Shown here one piece after another: positions 9,896 to 18,440 of a stretch of 32,000 nucleotides of DNA; within the stretch, counting starts at the first letter, position 1; each line of letters starts with the position of its first letter. The notes below the pieces were generated by a model. That model had not been told where the DNA came from. It made no database searches and saw only the letters and a list, made by a program, of their open reading frames with translations. The translations under genes and the position numbers were made by a program. This DNA comes from Prochlorococcus marinus str. NATL2A (lineage in GTDB: Bacteria; Cyanobacteriota; Cyanobacteriia; PCC-6307; Cyanobiaceae), in assembly GCF_000012465.1 (NCBI RefSeq), contig NC_007335.2, positions 120,001 through 152,000 of the forward strand, given 5' to 3'.

Positions 9896-11281
9896 GTGAG
9901 TATTAGGCAAGAAACTTATAGAAGGCTTACGGTTCCGCAGTTTACGGTGGTAACAGGTTTACTTGTGATTGCTTTTGGAACATTATTATTGGCTACACCT
10001 TTTTGTTCTAATGCAAATGTAGGTCTATGGGAGGCATTATTTACGGCAACTTCTGCTGTCACAGTTACGGGGTTATCTATTATTGATATAGGAATAGATT
10101 TGACATTTTTTGGACAAGTAATTTTAGCGATTATGTTGTTAACTGGGGGCCTTGGTTTAATGGCTATTACTACATTTTTGCAGGGCTTTATTGTTAGTGG
10201 AACAGAATTAAAAACACGTCTTGATAGAGGTAAAACTCTTGATGAATTTGGAGTCGGGGGTGTGGGTACAACGTTTAAAGGTATTGCGATTACAGCATCT
10301 ATACTTATTTTTCTTGGCTCTATTACTTTATATTTTTTCGGCTTTAAAAATATAACTAGCTCAAGTGAAAGGATTTGGGCATCAATTTTTCATAGTATAT
10401 CTGCTTATAATAATGCTGGGTTTAGTTTATGGTCAAGCAGTTTACAAGATTATAGAGGTAATTGGGTAGTGAATTTTGTTTTAATTACTTTAATTATATT
10501 AGGTGGTTTTGGATGGAGAGTAACTAATGATATTTGGATAAATCGTAGATCTTTAAAATTAAGAAATTTAAGTCTTCATACACGTTTAGTAATTAGATCA
10601 TCTTTCATATTGATTGCTCTGGGATTCTTCGGATTGATTTTTACTGAATCGTTAGCTAGGGGTAGCTTCTTTTCGTTAATTAATTTCGATGATCGTATTT
10701 TAACCGCTTTATTTACTTCTGTTAGTTCACGAACTGCAGGCTTTACGAATTTGCCCATATCAATTGAAAGTGTCTCTGACTCTGGTCTTTTGTTGATAAT
10801 GTTTCTTATGTTTATTGGGGCAAGTCCAGGTGGCACTGGAGGCGGAATTAAGACGACAACTATTGCTGCATTAATGGCAGCCACAAGAGCAACTCTACGT
10901 GGTCAAAATGAAATCATTATTCGGAATCGTCAGATATCTGACAAAGTAATTCTTAAAGCTGTTGGTATAACTGTTGGTTCATTTTTATTTGTGTTGATTA
11001 TGGCTTTATTATTAAGTTTGAGTAATGGATTCAATAGTGGAGAGAATTTTTCATTTTTAGAAATGCTTTTCACTTGTATTTCTGCTTTTGCAACTGTAGG
11101 TTTTGATCTGGGCGTAACCTCTAAGTTAGGACATGTCGGTCAATTAATTCTGATTATTGGAATGTTTGTTGGCAGACTAGGAATCCTTTTATTCTTGAGC
11201 GCTGTATGGCAAGCTCTTAATAAAAGTAAGATTCAACATCGCAATCGAATTGGCTATCCGAAGGAGGATCTCTATGTTTAA
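9896..11281 (+). CDS. ktrB: K+ transporter membrane subunit, TrkH/KtrB family
   Basis: 461-aa ORF with a GTG start. It shows repeated membrane-pore-membrane units with selectivity-filter-like glycines (TVTGLS, NNAGFS, RTAGFT, TVGFD) typical of the Trk/Ktr/HKT superfamily. The ktrA-like gene follows immediately. Confidence 0.85.
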   Translation: MSIRQETYRRLTVPQFTVVTGLLVIAFGTLLLATPFCSNANVGLWEALFTATSAVTVTGLSIIDIGIDLTFFGQVILAIMLLTGGLGLMAITTFLQGFIVSGTELKTRLDRGKTLDEFGVGGVGTTFKGIAITASILIFLGSITLYFFGFKNITSSSERIWASIFHSISAYNNAGFSLWSSSLQDYRGNWVVNFVLITLIILGGFGWRVTNDIWINRRSLKLRNLSLHTRLVIRSSFILIALGFFGLIFTESLARGSFFSLINFDDRILTALFTSVSSRTAGFTNLPISIESVSDSGLLLIMFLMFIGASPGGTGGGIKTTTIAALMAATRATLRGQNEIIIRNRQISDKVILKAVGITVGSFLFVLIMALLLSLSNGFNSGENFSFLEMLFTCISAFATVGFDLGVTSKLGHVGQLILIIGMFVGRLGILLFLSAVWQALNKSKIQHRNRIGYPKEDLYV

Positions 11282-11293
11282 GGAGGACAAATC

Positions 11294-11998
11294 ATGAGTG
11301 ATTGGTGGCAATGGTCTCCCATAAAAGCAAATCAGAAACTTGGGTTTGCTGTAGTTGGAATTGGTCGTTTTGGAAGCGCAGTTTGTAGAGAGCTATTGAG
11401 AAATGGTGCTGATGTTTTGGCTGTTGATTTCTCAGAGAAGGCAATAGAGGAATTACGTCAACTCGAGCCAACAATTGAAGCGAGGGTGGTTGACTCAACG
11501 GATGAAGAGTCTATGAAAGAGGCAGGTGTTCTTGAAATGGGGACTGTAGTAGTAGGCATTAGTGAGCCAATTGAAGCAAGTATTACGACAACTCTTATTG
11601 CTAAAGATACGGAGGGGAGTTTAGTTAAACAGGTTATTGCTAGAGCAACAAGTGATCTGCATGAAAAAATGCTCAAAAGGGTTGGTGCTGATCGGGTGGT
11701 ATTCCCTTCAAGAATGCAAGGAGAAAGATTGGGCCTTGAATTGGTTAGACCGAATTTGATTGAAAGATTAGAACTCGATGATAAAACGGGTATTGATGAG
11801 ATTAAAGTCCCTGAGGTATTTGTAGGACGTTCTTTACGAGATTTAAATCTTAGAAAAAATTATTTTGTTAATGTCTTAGCCGCTGGCCCTGCTCAACTAT
11901 TAACTGTTAATCCTCCGGCGAAATATATTTTGGAAAAAGATCATGTCCTTGTAGTCATGGGTTCAATGGAAGATCTTCAAAAGCTGCCTCAAACTTAA
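11294..11998 (+). CDS. ktrA: K+ uptake regulatory subunit, TrkA/KtrA (RCK N- and C-domains)
   Basis: 234-aa ORF. It has the Rossmann motif VVGIGRFGSAV and a C-terminal TrkA-C-like segment (IKVPEVFVGRSLRDLNLRKNYFVNVLA...DHVLVVMG). A strong AAGGAGG lies just upstream of the ATG. Confidence 0.85.
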   Translation: MSDWWQWSPIKANQKLGFAVVGIGRFGSAVCRELLRNGADVLAVDFSEKAIEELRQLEPTIEARVVDSTDEESMKEAGVLEMGTVVVGISEPIEASITTTLIAKDTEGSLVKQVIARATSDLHEKMLKRVGADRVVFPSRMQGERLGLELVRPNLIERLELDDKTGIDEIKVPEVFVGRSLRDLNLRKNYFVNVLAAGPAQLLTVNPPAKYILEKDHVLVVMGSMEDLQKLPQT

Positions 11999-12001
11999 TC
12001 T

Positions 12002-13138
12002 ATGCGTGTATTGGGTTTGATGAGTGGTACGAGTGCGGATGGAATAGATGCAGTTTTAGTTGATTTTACAGGTGATCCTTCAAGGCCAAAATGGCAAATT
12101 TTAAACACATTTTCTTATGAATATCCTTCATCAATTAGAGAAAAAATAATACAAGTAGGTCAAGGATTAAAAATTAGTAGCAAAGATTGGCTCGAGTTGG
12201 CTGAGGAAATTACTGAACTAAATGCTTTTGCTGCTCGTACTTGTGACCCTGATTCAACCGCAGAGGTTGTTGGATGTCATGGGCAAACTTTATTTCATAG
12301 AAGTGTAAAAAAATCTAAAAGAGGAGGAAGTCTTCAAATTCTTTTAGGACCTTTACTCGCAAATCTTTTAGATCAAATTGTTATTTATGATTTTAGATCT
12401 AAGGATATTGCTTCAGGTGGTCATGGTGCCCCTTTAGTAGCATTAGTCGATGAAGCTTTAGTTGGAAGGTTATATGGATGGAGAGGAGTCCTCAACCTTG
12501 GTGGAATTGCTAATCTTACAATTATTCCACCTAAAACTGGAATTGATAAAACTTCTCAATGCTTAGGCTGGGATTGCGGACCGGCTAATTCTTTAGTTGA
12601 TTTAGCTGTTAAAGAAAGTACAAATTCATCTTTAACTTTTGATGAAAATGGATCATTAGCATCGCTTGGGATTCCTAAATTAGAAATCATCGATAAGTGG
12701 TTGAGGGATCCTTTTTTTTATCTAGAGCCTCCACGATCTACAGGTAGAGAACAATTCGGTTTTCAATACTTACAGAAAAGAAAAAAGGAATTGGGTGATA
12801 TTTCCAAAGAAGATTTAATATCTACATTAACTACATTTACCGCGTCAATTATCTCTCAAGATTTAGATAATCTTTTTAAGCTTAAACAGATACGTTTAAT
12901 TGAGCTTTTGGTTGCTGGAGGTGGAAGTAAAAATCTATTTTTAATGAGGCAACTACAGAAACAATGTTGTGGTGTTCATGTTCGTCCAATACATGAAATT
13001 GGTGTTCCATCGCAATATAGAGAAGCCCTCGTTTTTGCAACTTTATCTTGGTGGAACTTTTTAGGAAAAAAAGTTCACCCGAAGTACATCACAGGAGCAA
13101 ATAAACCTATTTTATATGGAGTACGTGTTGATCCTTAA
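12002..13138 (+). CDS. anmK: Anhydro-N-acetylmuramic acid kinase
   Basis: 378-aa ORF with the characteristic N-terminus [18 protein letters not shown] and later AnmK/ASKHA blocks ([24 protein letters not shown]). Confidence 0.9.
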
Positions 13139-13155
13139 GTTAACTAATTTAATAA

Positions 13156-13458
13156 TTAATCTCTTTTGAATTTTAATCTTTTCGGAATACCTTTTAATCT
13201 TTGTGTTTTTTGTTTTTCTAATGCGTTTATAAAATTTTGTGTTTTCATTTCTTTTGTTTCTAATTCTTTAGATGCTGAACTTTCTTTTAATTCGTGATAC
13301 TTGACTCCTTCTTGAATTAAAACTTTGGCCATATTACTCACAGTTCTAGATTCTCTTTCGGCTAATTCTGACAGTCTTTCACATAAATCTTCTGGCAGAA
13401 CAACTTGTATGCGGGGCGATTTTTGCTTCCCGTTAGATGAGTTTTGACGAGTAGCCAT
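13156..13458 (-). CDS. Ribbon-helix-helix (CopG/Arc/MetJ-like) DNA-binding protein
   Basis: 100-aa ORF. After a basic N-terminal tail it shows the RHH pattern: beta-strand RIQVVLPEDL, then helices CERLSELAERESRTVSNMAKVLIQEG. The C-terminal half is Lys/Glu-rich. No partner gene lies on the same strand. Confidence 0.55.
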   Translation of the reverse strand: MATRQNSSNGKQKSPRIQVVLPEDLCERLSELAERESRTVSNMAKVLIQEGVKYHELKESSASKELETKEMKTQNFINALEKQKTQRLKGIPKRLKFKRD

Positions 13459-13597
13459 GCGTACAAAGAACTACCAAGTACTAATTAGTGTACACTTGTA
13501 TGCAAGGGTAGTATCCTTGTGTATGATACTTACTAATCTGGCCAGTTTTGCCTTATCAACCTTTACTTAAAACTTTTTATTTTTAAAGGAGTATTAC

Positions 13598-13954
13598 ATG
13601 TCTAAGCCATCTCTTCCACAAGCATCTAAAGCTTTTTCTGCAAATGTTGTTGCCGATAAAGGAAATGTAAAACGACAAAGAAGGAAGAGTCGTAGTAATG
13701 GTAAAAATGGAGATGTTCTAATTTCCGCTGTTGTCAGTTCTTACCTATTGACTCATTTACACCATGTTTTACAAAGAGCGGAATATGGGGCTAGCAAAGA
13801 AGGAAGATCTTCTCAAGCTGCAAACTTTGCTCAACTCCGTAAAGTCCTTTGCATGGATGCTAGAAGTATGAAAGACGCGTCTGCTTTAGGTTTAAAGGAA
13901 AGTGATTTAGATACATGCAATGAATCTAATGGTTTCGAGACAAAAGCTGCATAA
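13598..13954 (+). CDS. Hypothetical protein, basic N-terminus
   Basis: 118-aa ORF preceded by a strong Shine-Dalgarno AAGGAG (13586-13591) 6 nt before the ATG, which is unusual in this window. I recognise no family motif. Confidence 0.4.
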   Translation: MSKPSLPQASKAFSANVVADKGNVKRQRRKSRSNGKNGDVLISAVVSSYLLTHLHHVLQRAEYGASKEGRSSQAANFAQLRKVLCMDARSMKDASALGLKESDLDTCNESNGFETKAA

Positions 13955-13987
13955 TTGCATATTCTTTAATTAGTCAACGTTTTTCTT

Positions 13988-14218
13988 ATGAGCGGCAATG
14001 CTGCAGAGCTTTATAAGCTTATAAATGCAGATCCAAATAAAAAACAAGATCTTTTTCGTCAAGCTCTTCAAAACCCAAAAGGTGCGATGCAATCCATATG
14101 TGCATTTGGGATTGAAATGAATTTGCCAGTTACCTCAGAAGAGGTAAAAGAATATTTGACTACAGTTGATGATTTAGATACCAAACAATGGCTTCTAAAG
14201 GCTAGAGGTGGGTTGTAA
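13988..14218 (+). CDS. Nif11-like domain / double-glycine leader-type small protein
   Basis: 76-aa ORF. By eye the first ~55 aa follow the Nif11 leader pattern (ELYKLINADPNKKQDLFRQALQNPKGAMQSICAFGIEMNLPVTSEEVKEYL). The protein ends ...LLKARGG-L-stop. This assignment is unverified by any HMM. Confidence 0.45.
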   Translation: MSGNAAELYKLINADPNKKQDLFRQALQNPKGAMQSICAFGIEMNLPVTSEEVKEYLTTVDDLDTKQWLLKARGGL

Positions 14219-14383
14219 TTATTTTTTGAATGAAGAGTGTATTTCTAATGTATCTTGACTATTTTCTCTAATTCCTCTTCTTTCGTAGCCGCCTCCGCCT
14301 GCCATCGTCCAAAAAAACCAATAACTGGGAATTGCAAGAGCTGCGGCGAGTACTAAAGCAGCAATTTGTTCGAGTCTTAACAT
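14219..14383 (-). CDS. Candidate small membrane peptide (54 aa), not in the ORF track
   Basis: Hand translation of the minus strand gives MLRLEQIAALVLAAALAIPSYWFFWTMAGGGGYERRGIRENSQDTLEIHSSFKK. It has an ATG start, one clear hydrophobic helix, a GGGG run and a polar tail. It fills most of an otherwise empty 250-bp gap. There is no homology evidence. Confidence 0.3.
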   Translation of the reverse strand: MLRLEQIAALVLAAALAIPSYWFFWTMAGGGGYERRGIRENSQDTLEIHSSFKK

Positions 14384-14468
14384 GGCTTACTTAAGTAATG
14401 TAATTTAAATCAGTCAGCATCTTTTAAAGCTAAATGATTCAAGGCAATTCTCTTGAGGTCTTATTGTA

Positions 14469-16187
14469 GTGTTGCGACTAGAGAAGATTAGTAAAATTTA
14501 TCCCACTGGCGAAGTCTTGAAAGATGTCAGTTGGGAAATTAGAAATGGAGAGAGAATTGGTTTGGTTGGAGTCAATGGAGCAGGAAAATCAACACAATTA
14601 AAAATTATTGCTGGATTAGAAGAAGCAACTGATGGATCTTTGATTAGCGAAGGGGATCCATCTATTGCTTATTTAAAACAGGAATTTGATGTGGATCTTT
14701 CAAGAACTGTTAGAGAAGAGTTATTTGTTGCATTTAAAGAAGCATCTGATTTACTTCACAGTCAAAAATTAGTTCAAGAAAATATGGAATCTGAATTAGC
14801 TTCTAAAGATTTAGATTACCTAGATTTATTAATCAAAGAATTAAGCGTGATTCAAAGCAAATTTGAATCAATAAATGGTTACGATTTAGAATCTAAAGTT
14901 GAAAAGTTATTACCCACTATTGGTTTCAATCAAAATGAAGCAGACAGACTAGTTGGAGACTTCTCGGGTGGCTGGCAGATGAGAATAGCTTTAGGAAAAA
15001 TCCTATTACAAAGTCCTGATTTATTGTTACTTGATGAACCAACTAATCATTTAGATTTAGAAACGATTGAATGGCTAGAGAATTATTTACTTAATCAGAA
15101 AATTGCTATGGTAATTGTTAGCCATGATAGATCTTTCTTAGATAAAGTTTGTACGAGAATTGTTAATACCGAGCGAGGTAAATCTAAAAGCTATATTGGA
15201 AATTATACGTCATATCTTCAACAGAGAGATTTTGAATTGGAATCAACAAAAGTTGCATACGAGAAACAACAGAAGGATATACAAGTTCAAAAGGCATATA
15301 TAGAAAGATTTCGAGCAAGTGCTACAAGAAGTACACAAGCTAAAAGTAGAGAAAAGTTATTAGATAAAGTTGAAAAGATAGAAGCTCCTGAGAATAACTT
15401 AAAAGGACCTAATTTTAAATTTTTGGAAGCACCACGTGCTGGTAGGGATATCTTAAATATTAAGGATTTAACCCATAGCTATGAAGATAATATTTTATTT
15501 TTAGGAGCCTTTTTAGAGCTTGAGCCAGGCGAAAGAATAGCATTTTTAGGTCCAAATGGTTCTGGAAAATCTACTTTACTGCGACTAATTATGGGGTTAG
15601 AAGAACCTGATGAAGGATCTATTACGATAGGAAAATATAATATTATACCTAGTTATTTTGAACAAAATCAAGCAGAGGCCTTAGAGTTAGAAAAAACAGT
15701 AATTGAGACAATTTCTCAATCTGTACCTGATTGGACACAAACAGAAATTCGTTCTTTACTGGGTAGCTTTGGTTTAACTAATGATTCGGTTTTTAAGGAG
15801 GTCAGTCAGATTAGTGGAGGAGAGAAAGCAAGACTTGCTTTAGCTTTAATGATTATTAAGCCGTCAAATTTGCTTATTCTTGATGAACCGACAAATCATT
15901 TAGATATACCTTCAAAGCAAATGCTAGAGCAGGCATTATCCAATTATAATGGCACTGCATTAATAGTTTCTCATGATCGATATTTTATTTCAAAAGTTGC
16001 AAACACAATTGTAGAAATAAGAGATGGTCAATTAATTAAGTATCAAGGTGATTACAAATACTATAAAGAGAAAAAAATCGAAGAAGCACAAGAAAAAGAA
16101 AAAGAATTACAATTAGCTGAAAGGGAAAGAAAAAGGTTGGCTAATCGAGAAAAACAGCGTAGGAAGAAGAAAACTAAACAAAAATAA
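14469..16187 (+). CDS. ABC-F family ATPase (two fused ABC cassettes, no membrane domain; Uup/EttA-like)
   Basis: 572-aa ORF with a GTG start. It has two Walker A motifs (GVNGAGKST, GPNGSGKST), two signature motifs (FSGGWQMR, ISGGEKAR) and two Walker B motifs (LLLLDEPTNHLD, LLILDEPTNHLD). An inter-domain linker and a Lys/Glu-rich C-terminal tail are present. Confidence 0.9.
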   Translation: MLRLEKISKIYPTGEVLKDVSWEIRNGERIGLVGVNGAGKSTQLKIIAGLEEATDGSLISEGDPSIAYLKQEFDVDLSRTVREELFVAFKEASDLLHSQKLVQENMESELASKDLDYLDLLIKELSVIQSKFESINGYDLESKVEKLLPTIGFNQNEADRLVGDFSGGWQMRIALGKILLQSPDLLLLDEPTNHLDLETIEWLENYLLNQKIAMVIVSHDRSFLDKVCTRIVNTERGKSKSYIGNYTSYLQQRDFELESTKVAYEKQQKDIQVQKAYIERFRASATRSTQAKSREKLLDKVEKIEAPENNLKGPNFKFLEAPRAGRDILNIKDLTHSYEDNILFLGAFLELEPGERIAFLGPNGSGKSTLLRLIMGLEEPDEGSITIGKYNIIPSYFEQNQAEALELEKTVIETISQSVPDWTQTEIRSLLGSFGLTNDSVFKEVSQISGGEKARLALALMIIKPSNLLILDEPTNHLDIPSKQMLEQALSNYNGTALIVSHDRYFISKVANTIVEIRDGQLIKYQGDYKYYKEKKIEEAQEKEKELQLAERERKRLANREKQRRKKKTKQK

Positions 16188-16211
16188 TTATTATAGAAAT
16201 ATTTTTTTTAA

Positions 16212-17390
16212 TTATACTTGAAGATCATAAATATCAACTGGTTTGATAATTTTTATAGACTCTATATTCTCTCTAAGTATTTTAATTCTTAATGCTGATT
16301 GTAAATTATTTTTATTAATTTTTTTTACCACATCTGCTGGAGTTGAAATTTTTTCATTGTTGATTGAAATTATTAGATCATTTACTTTTAATCCACCTTT
16401 TTCGGCCGGACCATTTGGCATCAAATATTTAATTATCGCTCCATCTTCTGTTTGGGAAAGAAAATTACTTTTTTGTTTGATATTGCTTGAAAGTGTTACT
16501 CCGATCATGGGATGCTTGGCTCTCCCGCTGGTGATTAAATCTTTGGCGATTTTTCTAGCTCTATTTATTGGAATTGCGAAACCTAATCCTGCTCCTGGTC
16601 CTGAGCGAACAAGAGTATTAATACCAATCACTTCTCCAACAGAATTTAATAATGGTCCTCCAGAATTACCTGGATTAATAGCTGCATCAGTTTGAATGAG
16701 ATCTATTCTTTTGTCGGATATACCTAATTGAGCAACATCTCTATTGAGATTACTAATGATTCCAAGAGTAACCGTATTTTCAAGTCCAAAAGGATTTCCA
16801 ACTGCAATTGCCCAATCACCAACTTTTAAATTATCGGAGTTTCCTAATTGGGCAGTTGGCCAAGGACCTTTTGCTTTGAGTTTAATAACTGCAAGATCTG
16901 TTAAAGAATCTTCTCCAACAACATTTCCAAGCACTCTTCTTCCATCTGATAAACCCACTATTAATTGATCAGTTTTTTCTATTACATGAGCATTAGTTAA
17001 GACCAGACCTTCTTTAGAAAAAATCACTCCACTTCCTTGCCCTTTTTCAATTCGAGATCGTGGAACTTGCAGGCCTCTTAGACCAAAGAATCGTTCAAAA
17101 TATCGATCATTTAAGATCCCAGGAGGAAATACACCTTCACTTGAAGATAAAACCTGACGTTGTGTTTCAATTGTGACCACTGCATCCCCACTAATATTTA
17201 ACGCTTTTGATACGAAAGATTGCTTATTGTGATTTTCTTGGGATAACAGTGAAGCTTCACTTGAATGAAGAGGAGTTTCATATCGGAAGTTCAAAAAAAT
17301 AAGAACAACTAAAACAAAAATTTTAAAATATTTTTTTTGACGTAACTTTAGGGATCCTATTATTAGTCTGTTGTCATCTAATCCATGCAT
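16212..17390 (-). CDS. Periplasmic/thylakoid-lumen serine protease, Deg/HtrA family with C-terminal PDZ domain
   Basis: Catalytic triad contexts are TNAHV (His), DLAVIK (Asp) and GNSGGPL (Ser). A C-terminal PDZ-like segment is GPAEKGGLKVNDLIISINN. The N-terminal hydrophobic segment is consistent with export. The track starts at TTG 17423, and ATG 17390 (MHGLDD...) is the first ATG. Confidence 0.85.
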   Translation of the reverse strand: MHGLDDNRLIIGSLKLRQKKYFKIFVLVVLIFLNFRYETPLHSSEASLLSQENHNKQSFVSKALNISGDAVVTIETQRQVLSSSEGVFPPGILNDRYFERFFGLRGLQVPRSRIEKGQGSGVIFSKEGLVLTNAHVIEKTDQLIVGLSDGRRVLGNVVGEDSLTDLAVIKLKAKGPWPTAQLGNSDNLKVGDWAIAVGNPFGLENTVTLGIISNLNRDVAQLGISDKRIDLIQTDAAINPGNSGGPLLNSVGEVIGINTLVRSGPGAGLGFAIPINRARKIAKDLITSGRAKHPMIGVTLSSNIKQKSNFLSQTEDGAIIKYLMPNGPAEKGGLKVNDLIISINNEKISTPADVVKKINKNNLQSALRIKILRENIESIKIIKPVDIYDLQV

Positions 17391-17621
17391 GATCTTCTGA
17401 AAGGGATTAGTTCTTATTATCAAAACTAATCATAGCTAATTTAAAAATTGAAATGCACACCATTTTAATTACCGTAGATTTTTACTAAATAACTATTCTT
17501 TGAACTTTCTTTCCTCTAGAATAATACTCTGATTTATTCTGTGATTGAAGATGAAACTAGAACGACTTCAAAACTTAATCTGAATTAATGCATTCAGTTT
17601 TTTGATTTATCATTTTTGCAA

Positions 17622-17900
17622 ATGTTGAGCAATTTTTTACCTTTTGTTTATGGCCTTTCAGTTTTTGTTTTGTTGTTTTTGGCTGCCAGAATAATGCTAA
17701 ATGGTTTTTTCTCAGGTCAAGCATCATTTAAGATTCAAAATTCATTTTCAAAGACAAAAGGTGATGATCGAACAGGCTTGGTTACTGTTCATCCTGAGCT
17801 TCTAGACAAAGATGGCTCCATTACTGATGAAGATTTGCTCACAGTTCGTTTTTCTAAGGACAGTGATCATCCACAATCATATGAAAAGCCTTCTGAATAA
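17622..17900 (+). CDS. Hypothetical small membrane-anchored protein
   Basis: About 92 aa from ATG 17622 (the track uses TTG 17616). One N-terminal transmembrane helix (FLPFVYGLSVFVLLFLAARIML) is followed by an acidic, polar tail. I recognise no family. Confidence 0.45.
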   Translation: MLSNFLPFVYGLSVFVLLFLAARIMLNGFFSGQASFKIQNSFSKTKGDDRTGLVTVHPELLDKDGSITDEDLLTVRFSKDSDHPQSYEKPSE

Positions 17901-17955
17901 TTTTCATTAGATTTTTTGGGTTTGACATTACATAGTTATCTAAGAGGTTTTAATT

Positions 17956-18339
17956 TTGGAACAAAGAACGCGCATAGTCGCTGCAGTTTTGAAAAACGTG
18001 AAGTTACCTCCAAGGTTTCGTCTCAGATTATTAAAAGAAGACCCAGTGAGGCTTGAGTTAAGCCTTACTCCAGCTTACGGAAAAGATCCTATTCAAGTTG
18101 GGTTAGTAGAGTCCCTTGATTTGGTTGCTAGAAGAGACAGAGAAGGAAGAATGCCTAGAGATTTACAAGGGACATGGGATTGGACTGTACGACATGGAGA
18201 AGTTAGTACTGGTGGATGGAATCCTTATCTAAAAGAAGCTCTTCAGACCATGTTTGAAACTGGATTACCAGCAATTATTTACGAGGAACTTACTGGAGAG
18301 GACTATCATCCAGTTGATGGCGCCAGACATGTTAGATAG
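17956..18339 (+). CDS. Hypothetical soluble protein
   Basis: 127-aa ORF with a TTG start and non-repetitive, globular-looking composition. No motif is recognised. It has coding-like length for an AT-rich genome, where random ORFs are short. Confidence 0.45.
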   Translation: MEQRTRIVAAVLKNVKLPPRFRLRLLKEDPVRLELSLTPAYGKDPIQVGLVESLDLVARRDREGRMPRDLQGTWDWTVRHGEVSTGGWNPYLKEALQTMFETGLPAIIYEELTGEDYHPVDGARHVR

Positions 18340-18440
18340 ATATTGAAAGTTTTAAAAACAAATTAATTTCAAGAGCCAACATATATGTTTTCTCATTCTC
18401 AGCATTTCTTTAGTATTATTAAAATGATTTCTATTAACAA

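Noticed and set aside
10576-10884. 102-aa minus-strand ORF inside ktrB with a PPPVPPGLAP run
   Set aside because: The proline run is simply the reverse complement of the glycine-rich SPGGTGGGIK pore region of KtrB. There is no independent support.
13461-13474. GTA-N8-TAC (GTAcaaagaacTAC), the core NtcA-binding consensus, next to the RHH gene start
   Set aside because: The 6 fixed bases are expected by chance several times in 32 kb. It sits 3 nt from the RHH ATG and ~130 nt from the plus-strand ATG. No well-spaced TAN3T -10 element lies about 22 nt downstream. This is insufficient to call an NtcA site.
13988-16187. Idea that the Nif11-like ORF plus the adjacent ABC protein form a bacteriocin/lanthipeptide export cluster
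   Set aside because: The ABC protein is an ABC-F type, with two ATPase cassettes, no transmembrane domain and no C39 peptidase domain. There is no LanM or other maturase in the window, and the peptide has no core region.
16243-16968. 150-aa and 74-aa plus-strand ORFs antisense to the Deg/HtrA protease gene
   Set aside because: The 150-aa frame is long for AT-rich DNA, but it lies fully inside a gene with an intact catalytic triad and PDZ domain. Its translation (Ile/Phe/Leu-rich, no start context) looks like the antisense shadow of a Gly/Asn/Ile-rich coding frame.
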